64,000 nt of DNA from an uncultured candidate division Zixibacteria bacterium. Lineage in GTDB: Bacteria; Zixibacteria; MSB-5A5; UBA10806. The stretch spans positions 256,001 to 320,000 of the forward strand of contig CAWFQL010000016.1 of NCBI GenBank assembly GCA_963817915.1, written 5' to 3'. Below are positions 9,615-20,544 of the stretch, in pieces. Position 1 is the first letter of the stretch; every line of letters begins with the position of its first letter. The notes under the pieces are model-generated. The model saw only the letters and a list, made by a program, of their open reading frames with translations, did not search any database and was not told the origin of the DNA. The translations under genes and the position numbers were made by a program.

Positions 9615-10364
9615 GTGAAAATCTTATTGATAGAAAATGATGCTACTGTCGTTCATGAGGTCTGCAGCATCCTGGCCAAGAACCGCTTCGATACCATGCT
9701 GGCGACTACGGTGGAAGAAGCTCTCACCTTAATGAGTTCCGGCTCTCCATTGCAAATGGTGATCGCCGATATTGAGATTATCGGTAAAGAAAATTTCGAT
9801 ATCGTAAAATTCCTGAATGCCAACTATCAGCCGAATTCTGTCCCCGTAATACTATGCGGCAATTCCGCGGAGAAGGCTACAATAGTCAAAAGCATAGGTC
9901 TTGGAGCCAATGATTTCCTGGTCAAACCAATAAAATCCGATGTACTCTTGCGCAAGGTGAATAGCGCCCTTGGAAAAGACAAGGGCTCGATTTTGCTTGT
10001 CGATGATGAAAAACTTATTCTCGACCTGCTGGCCAGAATTCTTGAATTGGAAGGATTTGAGACTATCACCGCGCAATCCGGTCCCGACGCCCTAACTCTG
10101 CTTAAAGTCAGCAAAGTCAGCTTAATCATTTCGGATATCGCCATGCCTGTTATGGATGGTTTTGAGCTAATGGCCGCGATCAAAGAGAAATTCCCTGGAA
10201 TCCCGGTGCTGCTTATCACCGGCTATTCCAAACAATATAGAAGAGAGGACGCGCTGGCCTCGGCCGCCGATGGTTTTATCACGAAACCATTCAGAAATCT
10301 CGAAATTATCAGAATGGTCAAAAGCTTCAATATTCAGCCTGCTAAAAAAGGTCTGATAAATTAA
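9615..10364 (+). CDS. Response regulator made of two tandem receiver domains, no output domain
   Basis: REC1 ILLIEND..VIADI..DFLVKP (atypical); REC2 LLVDDE..IISDIAMP..LITG..FITKP (canonical). Confidence 0.85.
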   Translation: MKILLIENDATVVHEVCSILAKNRFDTMLATTVEEALTLMSSGSPLQMVIADIEIIGKENFDIVKFLNANYQPNSVPVILCGNSAEKATIVKSIGLGANDFLVKPIKSDVLLRKVNSALGKDKGSILLVDDEKLILDLLARILELEGFETITAQSGPDALTLLKVSKVSLIISDIAMPVMDGFELMAAIKEKFPGIPVLLITGYSKQYRREDALASAADGFITKPFRNLEIIRMVKSFNIQPAKKGLIN

Positions 10365-10404
10365 ATCATCTGAAATTATATTTTATAGAATTTTCCGAAT
10401 TAGC

Positions 10405-11460
10405 TTAGCATATGCGCGGTAACTGTTCGCCGCTCATCATATCAACAATACGGGTAGTTCCAATAACGGTCTTCATGGTCACTAATCCCGGAGATCCACT
10501 CGATACAGCGCCCAAAACAGTGGCTTCGCGGGATAAGACGTCTGCCTTTAGTATGTCAATTGCCTTGGGCACAGAATCTTTGGGCAATATAATGATAAAT
10601 CGCCCTTCATTGGCCACATAAAGCGGATCGAATCCTAATATCTCGCATGCCCCTCTGACATCTTCTCTCACCGGAATAGCGCATTCATTAATATTGATCT
10701 GCATTCCTGATGATTCCGCTATTTCTACTAACGCGCTTGCTAAGCCGCCGCGGGTCAGGTCTCTCATGCAGTGAATTTCGATTCCCGAATCAATGAGCTT
10801 CATAACAGGTGATACCAATGACGCCGAATCGCTTTCAATTATAGTCTCAAATTCCAGCCCTTCGCGGGCCGCCATTATCGCGATACCGTGCCGCCCGATA
10901 TCTCCGCTTAATATGATAGCATCGCCATCTTTTACCGATGATGGCGCTATCTTATTTGAATAATTTATTATTCCTATCCCCGCAGTGTTGATAAAGATAC
11001 CATCGCCCTTGCCCTTATCAACCACCTTGGTGTCACCGGTGACTATGGTTACGTTCGCATCTTCCGCGGCTTTTTTCATCGATTGCACAATCCGCCAGAA
11101 TTTCTCCATCGGAAGGCCTTCTTCAATAATAAACCCAACACTTATATAAAGTGGTTTTGCCCCGCACATTGCCAGATCATTCAATGTGCCGTGGATTGCC
11201 AATGACCCGATATCCCCGCCGGGGAAAAACAGCGGCTTGATTACATAGGAATCTGTCGTGAATGCGTATTTTGATCCATTCAATTGAAATACTGCTCCGT
11301 CATGACGCTCATCGAGAAGAGGATTATGGAATGACGGACCGATAATTTTTTCTATAAGCTGATGCGTAAGCTTTCCGCCGCCGCCATGTGCCATGAGAAT
11401 ATTGGGATAATCGGAAATAGGAATAGGGCAGCTTGGATTAAATTCTCTATTATCGGTCAT
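10405..11460 (-). CDS. hypE: Hydrogenase maturation carbamoyl dehydratase
   Basis: MAHGGGG, FTTDSYV, GDTKVV, RDLTRGG, C-terminal PRIC. Confidence 0.97.
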   Translation of the reverse strand: MTDNREFNPSCPIPISDYPNILMAHGGGGKLTHQLIEKIIGPSFHNPLLDERHDGAVFQLNGSKYAFTTDSYVIKPLFFPGGDIGSLAIHGTLNDLAMCGAKPLYISVGFIIEEGLPMEKFWRIVQSMKKAAEDANVTIVTGDTKVVDKGKGDGIFINTAGIGIINYSNKIAPSSVKDGDAIILSGDIGRHGIAIMAAREGLEFETIIESDSASLVSPVMKLIDSGIEIHCMRDLTRGGLASALVEIAESSGMQININECAIPVREDVRGACEILGFDPLYVANEGRFIIILPKDSVPKAIDILKADVLSREATVLGAVSSGSPGLVTMKTVIGTTRIVDMMSGEQLPRIC

Positions 11461-12562
11461 TAATGTTTCCTGCAATTTGATATTTTCGATAATGATAATA
11501 AGCCGCGCAGGTGCCTTCGGATGATACCATGGTCGCCCCTAATGGATGCTCGGGGTTGCATTTAGCGGCAAATGCCGTACAATCTTGCGGTTTTTTAATG
11601 CCCTGCAATATTAGTCCGCTGATACATTCGCCGGATTCATTCACTGTGTAATCGGTAACTCCGAATTTCAACTCGGCATCATATTCTGAGTATTCCTCAT
11701 TCAGTCCCAGTCCGCTTAATGGGATTTCCCCGATGCCGCGCCATTTACGGGATACGACTCTAAATATTTTTCTAATCAAATCCTGGGCGGGGATATTGCC
11801 ATCTCTTGTCACTGATCGGATATATTGATTTTCAACTTCGCATCGTCCCTGCTCCAGTTGTTTGACAGCCATATATATGCCGTGAAGAATATCAATCGGC
11901 TCGAAACCTGTAACTACTATGGGCGTTTTATATTTTTTGCAGATTGGCTCATATTCAGAATATCCCATCACCGCGCAAACATGCCCGGCGGCAAGGAATG
12001 CTTGCACTCGATTATTGGTCGATGACAATATGGCCTCGATGGCGGGCGGGACCAAGACATGAGATACTAATATGGAGAAATTCTTTATATTCTTAATTTT
12101 CGCCTGATAGACAGCCATACCGTTGGCGGGGGCGGTGGTCTCAAAACCGACCGCGAAGAAGACGACCTCTTTATTGGGATTATCAAGCGCCACTTTCAAT
12201 GAGTCCAATGGCGAATAGACAATCCTGATATCTCCTCCCAACGATTTGACCGAGAGCAGATCGGTCTTTGTTCCGGGAACTCGCAACATATCGCCAAACG
12301 AACAAAAAATGACATTCTGTCGCGAGGCTATCTCAATCGCTTTATCGATTAATTCCACGGGGGTAACACAGACCGGGCATCCGGGACCATGCACCAATGT
12401 TATTTTTTCAGGCAATAGCTCGTCGATTCCGAATTTTACAATAGAGTGAGTTTGCCCGCCGCAGACCTCCATGACTGTCCAGGGCTTAGTAGTGGCCCGC
12501 GATATTAATTCAGCCAATTTTTTGGCGGAATCGTTGTCGCGATATTCATCGATATACTTCAA
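11450..12562 (-). CDS. hypD: Hydrogenase formation protein
   Basis: [35 protein letters not shown]. Confidence 0.97.
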   Translation of the reverse strand: MKYIDEYRDNDSAKKLAELISRATTKPWTVMEVCGGQTHSIVKFGIDELLPEKITLVHGPGCPVCVTPVELIDKAIEIASRQNVIFCSFGDMLRVPGTKTDLLSVKSLGGDIRIVYSPLDSLKVALDNPNKEVVFFAVGFETTAPANGMAVYQAKIKNIKNFSILVSHVLVPPAIEAILSSTNNRVQAFLAAGHVCAVMGYSEYEPICKKYKTPIVVTGFEPIDILHGIYMAVKQLEQGRCEVENQYIRSVTRDGNIPAQDLIRKIFRVVSRKWRGIGEIPLSGLGLNEEYSEYDAELKFGVTDYTVNESGECISGLILQGIKKPQDCTAFAAKCNPEHPLGATMVSSEGTCAAYYHYRKYQIAGNINDR

Positions 12563-12813
12563 GATAGCTCACTTTCAGACGCGCCCAGTTCATCTACCTG
12601 ACGGAGATACTCGAAAACTTTTTCCGCTTCGGAATCATCGATAATACTAATGGCGAATCCCGCGTGGACAAGGACATAATTCCCGATTAAGGCATCGGGT
12701 GTGTATGCCAGACTTATTTCTTTCACTACTCCGCCGAAGCTGACCTTGCCCACGCGAAACATTGGATCTTCTCCATTAACACTAATTATTTTCCCAGGTA
12801 TCGCTAAGCACAT
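12559..12813 (-). CDS. hypC: Hydrogenase assembly chaperone
   Basis: MCLAIPG N-terminus, [10 protein letters not shown]. Confidence 0.97.
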   Translation of the reverse strand: MCLAIPGKIISVNGEDPMFRVGKVSFGGVVKEISLAYTPDALIGNYVLVHAGFAISIIDDSEAEKVFEYLRQVDELGASESELS

Positions 12814-12816
12814 AAA

Positions 12817-15123
12817 TTACGCCTCTGAATTCTCTCTAACCGCGGCAACAATTTGTCCCAATGATATTCCGCCATCGTTGGTCGGGATTCTTTGATGCCA
12901 GTATGGGACAAAATCATTATTGCGCAATTGCCCAATTACTTTTTCTGTCAAATATTTATTTTGAAAACATCCGCCGCTCAAGACTACTTTCTTTTCGCCG
13001 ATCTTTTTGGAAATTTCAATAATGGATCGCGTCATCGTGTTGTGAAATTTCGCCGAAATTATTCCTGTAGCTATTTTCTCTTGAACGTCTGCCATAATTC
13101 CCATCATCATCGGCTTCCATTCAATTATGTACCTCGAGCTTGATTGCGAAATCTCCAAATCATAAAAATCATCTAATTTTTCTCCATCAATGGCGAATTC
13201 AAGCTCCATCGCGGCCTGGCCTTCGAAATTGGATTTCTGTCTGATGCCTAATAGGGATGATATTGCATCGAATATCCGTCCAACACTCGATGTTTTTGGA
13301 CAATTAATATCTTTTTTAAGCATCGTCTTCAATGTCTTGATGTCGTTCGAGGAAAATTTTTTCAGCAATGGTAAACTTTCCATTTTCCATAATTCATCGC
13401 CATAAATTTCATATAACATCCCTAACGCCGCCCGCCGCGGCTCTTTGACTGCGATTTCCCCTCCTGGCAGTGGAAAGGATCGAAATGTGCCGACTCGTTC
13501 GTATGATTTTTCATTTATCAAAAGGAATTCGCCGCCCCAGATTGTGCCATCCGGCCCATATCCGGTACCATCCCACGCGACCCCCAATACGGGCGGCTCG
13601 ATCTCATTCTCTGCCATACAAGAAAGAATATGCGCGTAGTGATGTTGAACTTTGATAGGAGTCTCAAAATACTTCATTGCTTGTCGAGTAGAAATATAAT
13701 CAGGATGCAAATCGCAGGCGACGGTATCGGGCTTAAAATCATATAATACGGATAATGTTTTCACGGCTTTATTAAATGCATCGAATGATTGAACATTCTC
13801 CAAATCGCCAATATGCTGGCTTATGAAGATATTATCTCTGATCGAAATTGAGACCGTATTTTTCAAATGCGCACCCAATGCCAGAATGGATGGCATGTTT
13901 TTTCTAGTCTGTATCGGCAATGGCGCATATCCGCGAGCCCGCCTGATTACCATCTCCCGTCCCATCATCTCACGACATATCGAATCATCCACATGGCGAG
14001 CGATCGGCCGATTATGAACCAGATAATAATCAGCAATTCCTTTCAAGCGTGAGAGGGCGTCGTCCTCATCGATACAAATAGGCTCATCAGATAAATTTCC
14101 GCTTGTTGCCACAATAGGGAAATCCAGTTCTTTCATCAGCAAAAGATGCAACGGAGAATATGGAAGCATTATTCCCAGGTATGGGTTTCCGGGCGCGACA
14201 TCATCGCAAACCAGGTGTTCGATATTCTGCTTTTTCTTTTTCAAAAGCACAATCGGCGATTCCGGCGAAATCAAGAGTCTTTCCTCTATAGATGAACTCT
14301 CGCAGATTTGCTGTGCTATTTCCAGGGTTGGCAGCATCAGCGCCAATGGTTTTTCTTCACGAATCTTTCGATTTCGCAATTTCCGAACCGAATTGTGATT
14401 ACGGGCATCTACAATCAGTTGAAACCCGCCAATCCCTTTGATTGCAACTATCTTTCCATGTCTGATAAATTCGACAGCCATCATCAATGCGTCATCATGC
14501 GATCTCAGCATTTTACCTTTTTCATCCCAAATCTCCAGATGCGGCCCACATGCTGGACAGGCATTGGGCTGAGCGTGAAATCTTCTATCGAGAGGATTAT
14601 TATATTCCGCACGGCATTCATCGCACATGATGAATTGCTTCATGGTCGTGTTAGCCCGGTCGTATGGTAATGATTCAATTATACTATATCGCGGCCCGCA
14701 ATTAGTGCAATTGGTAAATGGGTATCTATAACGGCGGTTGGATTTTTCGAATATATCCTTGACACAATCAGGGCAGGTCGCGATATCGGGCATTACTATG
14801 GTATTTTTTGGGCCAATGGTTTCGCTCTCAACTACCTGGAATTTTTCATAACCTATTGGATCCAAATACGATGGTTCCATGCTTTGAATAAATGATCTTG
14901 GAGGCTTTTCAGAATTGATCCGATTTATGAAATGCTGCAGTTCTTCAGAATTTCCATCGATTTCAATGACGACGCCTTGCGCCGAATTGTTTACATAGCC
15001 ATTTAATCCCATTTCTGTCGCCAGCCTGAAAACAAACGGCCTGAATCCAACCCCTTGAACGGCGCCCCTTATAACAAGCCTGAGCCGTTGCTTCCTGCCC
15101 ATTGTTAAATTATCTTGCCGCAT
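12817..15123 (-). CDS. hypF: Carbamoyltransferase
   Basis: VQGVGFRP acylphosphatase domain, two zinc fingers (CPDC..CTNC, CDEC..CPAC), DLHP, QHH, NDGGISLGQ. Confidence 0.97.
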   Translation of the reverse strand: MRQDNLTMGRKQRLRLVIRGAVQGVGFRPFVFRLATEMGLNGYVNNSAQGVVIEIDGNSEELQHFINRINSEKPPRSFIQSMEPSYLDPIGYEKFQVVESETIGPKNTIVMPDIATCPDCVKDIFEKSNRRYRYPFTNCTNCGPRYSIIESLPYDRANTTMKQFIMCDECRAEYNNPLDRRFHAQPNACPACGPHLEIWDEKGKMLRSHDDALMMAVEFIRHGKIVAIKGIGGFQLIVDARNHNSVRKLRNRKIREEKPLALMLPTLEIAQQICESSSIEERLLISPESPIVLLKKKKQNIEHLVCDDVAPGNPYLGIMLPYSPLHLLLMKELDFPIVATSGNLSDEPICIDEDDALSRLKGIADYYLVHNRPIARHVDDSICREMMGREMVIRRARGYAPLPIQTRKNMPSILALGAHLKNTVSISIRDNIFISQHIGDLENVQSFDAFNKAVKTLSVLYDFKPDTVACDLHPDYISTRQAMKYFETPIKVQHHYAHILSCMAENEIEPPVLGVAWDGTGYGPDGTIWGGEFLLINEKSYERVGTFRSFPLPGGEIAVKEPRRAALGMLYEIYGDELWKMESLPLLKKFSSNDIKTLKTMLKKDINCPKTSSVGRIFDAISSLLGIRQKSNFEGQAAMELEFAIDGEKLDDFYDLEISQSSSRYIIEWKPMMMGIMADVQEKIATGIISAKFHNTMTRSIIEISKKIGEKKVVLSGGCFQNKYLTEKVIGQLRNNDFVPYWHQRIPTNDGGISLGQIVAAVRENSEA

Positions 15124-15128
15124 TCTGA

Positions 15129-15641
15129 TTATAACCGCTGAATATCCTCTATAATTTCATTTAGTATTTTAGGCATGACGGCTTCGATTTCAGGTGTCAA
15201 TCCCACTCCCTCATCAAAGGCTTTCCCTTCGATCCCATAAACAATTAGCTTTAGCGGCAGTTTTTGCAATGTCCACGCCATCTCAATTGCCTCTATTATT
15301 CCAAACGAATGGGTCGAAAGCTGTCCGAATATGCTTATCGGCAATGATTCTTCAATGGCGTCATATCGATGTATTGCGCCCGGCTGGGAATCGCAATAGG
15401 CCGCGTCAATAAGTACAACTTTATCTTCCGGCATCCATGAGTTCATAAGCGCCAAACCATCACCATTGGATTCCATGATTATAACATTTTTAAGCTGATG
15501 ATCTCTTAACTTGCGAGCAATTGCCAAACCGATTCCGTCATCGCCGCGGAATTCATTGCCGATGCCAATAACAATTATTTTGGTTTTTTGATCGATTCTA
15601 TCTTTTCCCAAGTCATCGGTCATCAGGCCATTCCCCATCAC
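15129..15641 (-). CDS. Hydrogenase maturation endopeptidase (HyaD/HycI family)
   Basis: IGIGNEFRGDDGIG, VLIDA, STHSFG; start codon uncertain. Confidence 0.92.
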   Translation of the reverse strand: MMGNGLMTDDLGKDRIDQKTKIIVIGIGNEFRGDDGIGLAIARKLRDHQLKNVIIMESNGDGLALMNSWMPEDKVVLIDAAYCDSQPGAIHRYDAIEESLPISIFGQLSTHSFGIIEAIEMAWTLQKLPLKLIVYGIEGKAFDEGVGLTPEIEAVMPKILNEIIEDIQRL

Positions 15642-15809
15642 GCATCACTACCCATTACCGCCTCTATTTCATGCTCAAATTATGAAATAACCGCTCCGCT
15701 CTACCTAATGCAAGGCTTATTTGCCTTTATTGCACCAAACAAAATAGCTCGATAATGGTGACCTAATTCTGTGTTCGTAAATCGCTATTTCGCCCAATAT
15801 ATTTACCGG

Positions 15810-16052
15810 TCAATACTTTTCAAATGGATAGATAATCTTGTCGTCATAGATTACCCTGATAATTCGATGAAAGGGGATAATATTACCGCCCTGCGAGATG
15901 TTTTTTGATTCAATATCACATAATATCAGCGGCGCCCAGCCGATACCATTCGCGGAATCAAAATCCTTATACTCGATCTTACAAAGAGTTTGATCGAAAG
16001 TCTGGTCATGCTTGATACGATTAAGCAAATCTCGAAGCGGATTCTTTGTCAT
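15810..16052 (-). CDS. DUF504 / MJ1316-like small protein
   Basis: LRDLLNRIKHD...EYKD...IPFHRI pattern. Confidence 0.7.
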   Translation of the reverse strand: MTKNPLRDLLNRIKHDQTFDQTLCKIEYKDFDSANGIGWAPLILCDIESKNISQGGNIIPFHRIIRVIYDDKIIYPFEKY

Positions 16053-16067
16053 GTGATGAGATTAATT

Positions 16068-16283
16068 TCAAGACAGTCCGGTTTTTTTGGCTTCGCCCGT
16101 GCTGAATTTAAATGGCAAATATCCAGGGCAATACCGAAACAATCCAGTTAGCAACGCCAAGACGCCCAGTATTATGAATATGACCGACAAAACTGCCTCA
16201 AGTGCAAATATACCCAACACTAAAAATACTATCCCGACAATAATCCTGATTACCCGATCAGCTCCACCAACATTCGCCACCAT
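16068..16283 (-). CDS. DUF2892 (YgaP-like) membrane protein
   Basis: NVGGADRVIRIIVG...TGLFRYCPGY, two TM segments, GAGG RBS. Confidence 0.88.
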   Translation of the reverse strand: MVANVGGADRVIRIIVGIVFLVLGIFALEAVLSVIFIILGVLALLTGLFRYCPGYLPFKFSTGEAKKTGLS

Positions 16284-16496
16284 ACCTCACCTCCATCGAT
16301 TGGTTCATACCGATTCTCACTTTCTCCATATTTTATCATTGCTATTACCAATTGTCCACTATGGTAATAAGATTTTTGGTATTCTTGCTTCTTGATTTGC
16401 ATTTATTTATATTACCCGGTTGTTCGAGCGGCTTGGACCGCAGCCATCAAAGAAGATGGGGGTAATATGGCATTAGAGAATATCAACCATGCCCGC

Positions 16497-16643
16497 GCCG
16501 GTTCCGCCCTGTCGATAAATCGACAGGTGAAACCCGACAGTGACTAAATCAGTTCAGTGCTCTAAATATGAAATCGATAGTTTACAAGATAAGTACCCGA
16601 AAGAGAAGTCGGGTTTCCACGACCGAAGGTCGGCGGAACCGGC
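16497..16643. repeat. Inverted doublet of REP-like units (REPIN-like)
   Basis: gccggttccgcc[hairpin]gaaacccgac ... gtcgggtttc[hairpin]ggcggaaccggc; gaaacccgac also occurs at 25982, with variants at 24412 and 32296. Confidence 0.7.
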
Positions 16644-16666
16644 CCGGTGAATCGCAATAAAAATGC

Positions 16667-16695
16667 TTGACCGGGAATTATCTGCACATTATAAT
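16667..16695 (+). promoter_or_regulatory. sigma70 promoter of uvrA
   Basis: TTGACC-N17-TATAAT. Confidence 0.75.
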
Positions 16696-16756
16696 AATGC
16701 ACCTATGGGCAGGCATTCGACAGTAACAGATTTAACAGTTTATAGGATAATAAGTT

Positions 16757-19585
16757 ATGCCACCTGAAAATATAGTAGTTAAAGGCGCTCGCGAGCACAA
16801 TCTCAAAAATATCGATGTCACTATTCCACGATCCAAGCTTGTGGTAATAACAGGTTTATCGGGTTCGGGAAAGTCATCGTTGGCATTTGATACGCTTTAC
16901 GCCGAGGGCCAGCGACGATATGTAGAATCGCTTTCAGCCTATGCCCGCCAATTCCTTGGATTGATGGAAAAACCTGATGTCGATTTTATCGACGGTCTTT
17001 CGCCGGCAATTTCGATTGAGCAACGGACTTCCGCAAGAAATCCTCGTTCTACTGTCGGGACTGTCACAGAAATATACGATTACCTTCGTTTACTCTATGC
17101 TCGAATCGGGACTCCTCATTGCTATAAATGCGGCAAGCCAATCACTCAGCAGACAGTTCAGCAAATAGCCGACACCATCATGGAGCTTCCTGAAAATAGC
17201 CGTATCCAGATCCTGGGCCCGCTTATCCGTGGCAGAAAAGGTGAATACCGTGAGATATTCGAGGAAGTCAAAAAAAGCGGATTTGTTCGGGTTCGGGTTG
17301 ATAGCAAGGTATATGATATCGAAGAAACTCCAACGCTTGACAAGCAGAAAAAGCATTCTATCGAGGTTGTAGTTGATCGTCTTGTAGTAAAAAATGGTAT
17401 TAAAAAAAGATTGACCGATTCATTGGAGACCGCGCTGAAGCTTGGAAGTGGAATGGTCATTATCGATCAAGCGGGACAAAGAGATGCCATCTATTCGGAA
17501 AATTTCGCCTGCCAGGATTGCGGGATATCGTATGAAGAGCCTGCCCCCCGAATGTTTTCATTCAATTCCCCGTTCGGTGCTTGTCCGACTTGTCTGGGGC
17601 TTGGCTTCAAGATGGAGGTTGACCCCGATCTGGTTGTCCCGGATAGAACGATTTCAATAGCCCAGGGCGCAATTGTCCCCTGGGGTGTTCCGCGTGGCAC
17701 ATATTATTTTGGAATGATTCGCGCCGTATCGGATCATTATGGATTCTCATTGAGGAAGCCATATAAGGAGCTGCCGGAAAAGGCACAGAAAATCCTATTA
17801 TTTGGTTCGGGCAAAGACGAAATCAGATTCTCATTCGAGCATAGCGAGGGCAAGGGACTCTGGGAGCATACCAATCGCTTCGAGGGAGTCGTCAACAATC
17901 TCAAACGGCGTTATCGTCAGACCGAATCGACCGGTATTCGTGAATGGATTGAAAAATTCATGGCTATCAAGCCTTGCGATGAATGTCATGGAGCCCGTCT
18001 CAAAAAGGAAGCGTTAGCTGTAAAAATCGAAGGGAAATCTATTTCCGAGGTCACATCCTATTCAGTTAAGATCGCCAATGCCTTCTTTGAGAATATGAAA
18101 TTAAACCAGCGTCAGAAAATTATTGCCAAACAAATCTTGAAAGAGATTAAAGAACGCTTGACTTTTTTGGTCAACGTTGGCCTCGATTATTTAACATTGG
18201 ATCGTTCAGCGCAAACACTCTCTGGCGGCGAAGCGCAAAGAATTAGATTAGCCACTCAAATCGGATCGCGATTGACCGGAGTGCTTTATATTCTCGATGA
18301 ACCGTCTATCGGCCTCCACCAACGGGACAATCATCGTCTTTTGGAAACATTGATTTCCCTCCGCGATATTGGCAATACGGTCTTGGTTGTCGAACACGAT
18401 CGCCAGACGATCGAATCCGCCGACTATGTGGTCGATCTCGGCCCGGGAGCGGGCAAGCTCGGCGGCGAAATAGTCGCAGAGGGTACGCCCGCAAAGATAA
18501 TGCAATCATCAAAATCCCTTACCGGCAAATATCTTTCCGGTAAACTAAAGATCGAAATTCCCAATGAACGAAGGAAAGGGAGCGGCGACAAAATCAATCT
18601 CAAGGGCGCTCGAGGCAACAATCTGAAGAAAATCAATGTCGAGTTTCCACTCGGGAGATTGATCTGTATTACAGGTGTATCCGGCAGCGGCAAATCAACT
18701 CTTATCAATGAAACCCTATATAGAATACTGTCGCGCGAATTTTACGGCTCCAAAACCCCGGCACTACTATATGATGAAGTAATCGGCTTGAAACATATCG
18801 ATAAAGTGGTGAATATCGACCAATCGCCGATAGGCAGAACACCACGAAGCAATCCCGCGACTTACACCGGTCTCTTCGCGCCAATACGCGACATATATGC
18901 CATGCTCCCCGATTCCAAGGTTCGCGGTTACGGCCCTGGACGGTTTTCATTCAATGTCAAGGGCGGCCGTTGCGAGGCTTGCGAGGGTGATGGCATAATT
19001 AAAATTGAGATGCATTTCCTGCCGGATGTCTATGTCCCCTGCGAGACCTGCAAAGGTGCACGCTACAACCGCGATACATTGGAGATCAAATACAAAGGCA
19101 AATCTATTTCCGAAGTTCTCGATATGACTGTTGAAGAAGCGCTGATATTTTTCGATCGCATCCCCCGTGTCCGACGAAAATTGGAGACATTAAAAGGTGT
19201 CGGCCTGGGATATATCCATCTCGGTCAGCAGGCTACAACTCTTTCTGGCGGCGAGGCCCAACGAATCAAGCTTTCGACCGAGCTTTCTAAGGTCGCTACC
19301 GGCAACACATTTTATATTCTCGATGAGCCGACGACCGGACTCCATTTCGAGGATATCAAGATGCTTTTGATTGTTCTTAATACGTTAGTCGATAGAGGCA
19401 ATACGGTGCTTGTGATCGAGCACAATCTCGATGTTATCAAGACCGCCGATTGGATTATCGATCTTGGTCCCGAGGGCGGCGATGATGGCGGACGAATTGT
19501 AGCAGTCGGCACTCCCGAGCAAGTCGCCCAAGTCGATTCCAGCTACACCGGCCAATTCCTGAAAGAAGAGCTGGGAATAAAATAA
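16757..19585 (+). CDS. uvrA: Excinuclease ABC subunit A
   Basis: [31 protein letters not shown], two ABC modules (LSGGEAQR twice), zinc fingers. Confidence 0.99.
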   Translation: MPPENIVVKGAREHNLKNIDVTIPRSKLVVITGLSGSGKSSLAFDTLYAEGQRRYVESLSAYARQFLGLMEKPDVDFIDGLSPAISIEQRTSARNPRSTVGTVTEIYDYLRLLYARIGTPHCYKCGKPITQQTVQQIADTIMELPENSRIQILGPLIRGRKGEYREIFEEVKKSGFVRVRVDSKVYDIEETPTLDKQKKHSIEVVVDRLVVKNGIKKRLTDSLETALKLGSGMVIIDQAGQRDAIYSENFACQDCGISYEEPAPRMFSFNSPFGACPTCLGLGFKMEVDPDLVVPDRTISIAQGAIVPWGVPRGTYYFGMIRAVSDHYGFSLRKPYKELPEKAQKILLFGSGKDEIRFSFEHSEGKGLWEHTNRFEGVVNNLKRRYRQTESTGIREWIEKFMAIKPCDECHGARLKKEALAVKIEGKSISEVTSYSVKIANAFFENMKLNQRQKIIAKQILKEIKERLTFLVNVGLDYLTLDRSAQTLSGGEAQRIRLATQIGSRLTGVLYILDEPSIGLHQRDNHRLLETLISLRDIGNTVLVVEHDRQTIESADYVVDLGPGAGKLGGEIVAEGTPAKIMQSSKSLTGKYLSGKLKIEIPNERRKGSGDKINLKGARGNNLKKINVEFPLGRLICITGVSGSGKSTLINETLYRILSREFYGSKTPALLYDEVIGLKHIDKVVNIDQSPIGRTPRSNPATYTGLFAPIRDIYAMLPDSKVRGYGPGRFSFNVKGGRCEACEGDGIIKIEMHFLPDVYVPCETCKGARYNRDTLEIKYKGKSISEVLDMTVEEALIFFDRIPRVRRKLETLKGVGLGYIHLGQQATTLSGGEAQRIKLSTELSKVATGNTFYILDEPTTGLHFEDIKMLLIVLNTLVDRGNTVLVIEHNLDVIKTADWIIDLGPEGGDDGGRIVAVGTPEQVAQVDSSYTGQFLKEELGIK

Positions 19586-19605
19586 GGTTTTATGATTAAT
19601 TACTA

Positions 19606-19633
19606 TTGACTTGTTATGCGTATTCATGATAAT
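19606..19633 (+). promoter_or_regulatory. Putative sigma70 promoter for tcmP-DUF5131
   Basis: TTGACT-N16-GATAAT. Confidence 0.5.
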
Positions 19634-19646
19634 TTTTTAAAAATCT

Positions 19647-20543
19647 ATGAATAATCCAAATTGCAAAACCTGTTCTAAAAAAGAATATAAAACAATAGAC
19701 AATTGCCAAAAGTTTGTCGCGGATGACGGCCTGACAGCCCGTTGTGCTCCTCCTTGGACAAGCCAAAAACATAAACCGATAGGTGTATATTCGGAAATGA
19801 TAACGGAAGGGATGAAAAATAAATGGCGTGAAATAAATTATATAGATCTATATGCTGGGCCAGGCAAATATTTTGATCGGACCTCAGGAATTCTAATGGA
19901 TGGGTCACCATTAATTGCCTCAAAACTAAAATTTGACAATCTCTATCTTAATGATATAAAAAAAGAAAATGTTGATGCTCTTGAAAAACGTCTTGATGGT
20001 AGCGGAGCTAATCTACATCTTTTTTGTGATGATGCGAATGCTGTTGCCGGAAAAATCAACTCCCTACTATTGGGCAATTCCCTAAGCTTTTGTTTATTGG
20101 ATCCTAATAATATGAGTGACCTTAATTTTGATACTGTCAGGGCAATTTCAGCTAACAAAAAGAAAGTCGATCTTATGATTAATTTTGCATATGGGATGGA
20201 TTTTCAAAGATTTTCGCGGAACAAAAAATTTGAAAAGAAACAAGGAAAAATCGATTTGTTCTTTCCTTCAAATGAGTGGCGCCAAATAGAAGATAGCCAT
20301 CAAAAACGAAAAATACAATTTAGAGCCGAAAAACTAATAGATTTCTATACATCTGGATTATATCGGCTGGGATATGAAAGACCTCCCGAAGAAACCAAAT
20401 ACAAGAACTATTTTGAAATTCACAATACAAGAAATGGTAATCTTTATTATCTCATTTTCGCAAGTAAACATAAGAGAGGATATGATTTTTGTGCAAAAAT
20501 GAGGCCATACGGAAAAAATCAGACTGAATTGGATTTTAATTAA
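19647..20543 (+). CDS. tcmP: Three-Cys-motif partner protein (SAM-methyltransferase-like fold)
   Basis: W..QKH, YIDLYAGPG, GSPL, CDDAN, FCLLDP, DLMIN, LYYLIFASKH..G motifs; adjacent to DUF5131. Confidence 0.85.
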   Translation: MNNPNCKTCSKKEYKTIDNCQKFVADDGLTARCAPPWTSQKHKPIGVYSEMITEGMKNKWREINYIDLYAGPGKYFDRTSGILMDGSPLIASKLKFDNLYLNDIKKENVDALEKRLDGSGANLHLFCDDANAVAGKINSLLLGNSLSFCLLDPNNMSDLNFDTVRAISANKKKVDLMINFAYGMDFQRFSRNKKFEKKQGKIDLFFPSNEWRQIEDSHQKRKIQFRAEKLIDFYTSGLYRLGYERPPEETKYKNYFEIHNTRNGNLYYLIFASKHKRGYDFCAKMRPYGKNQTELDFN

Positions 20544-20544
20544 A

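Noticed and set aside
16497..16643. 6S RNA or a known riboswitch
   Set aside because: No recognisable consensus, and the arms match repeat units elsewhere in the window; kept only as an unassigned structured element
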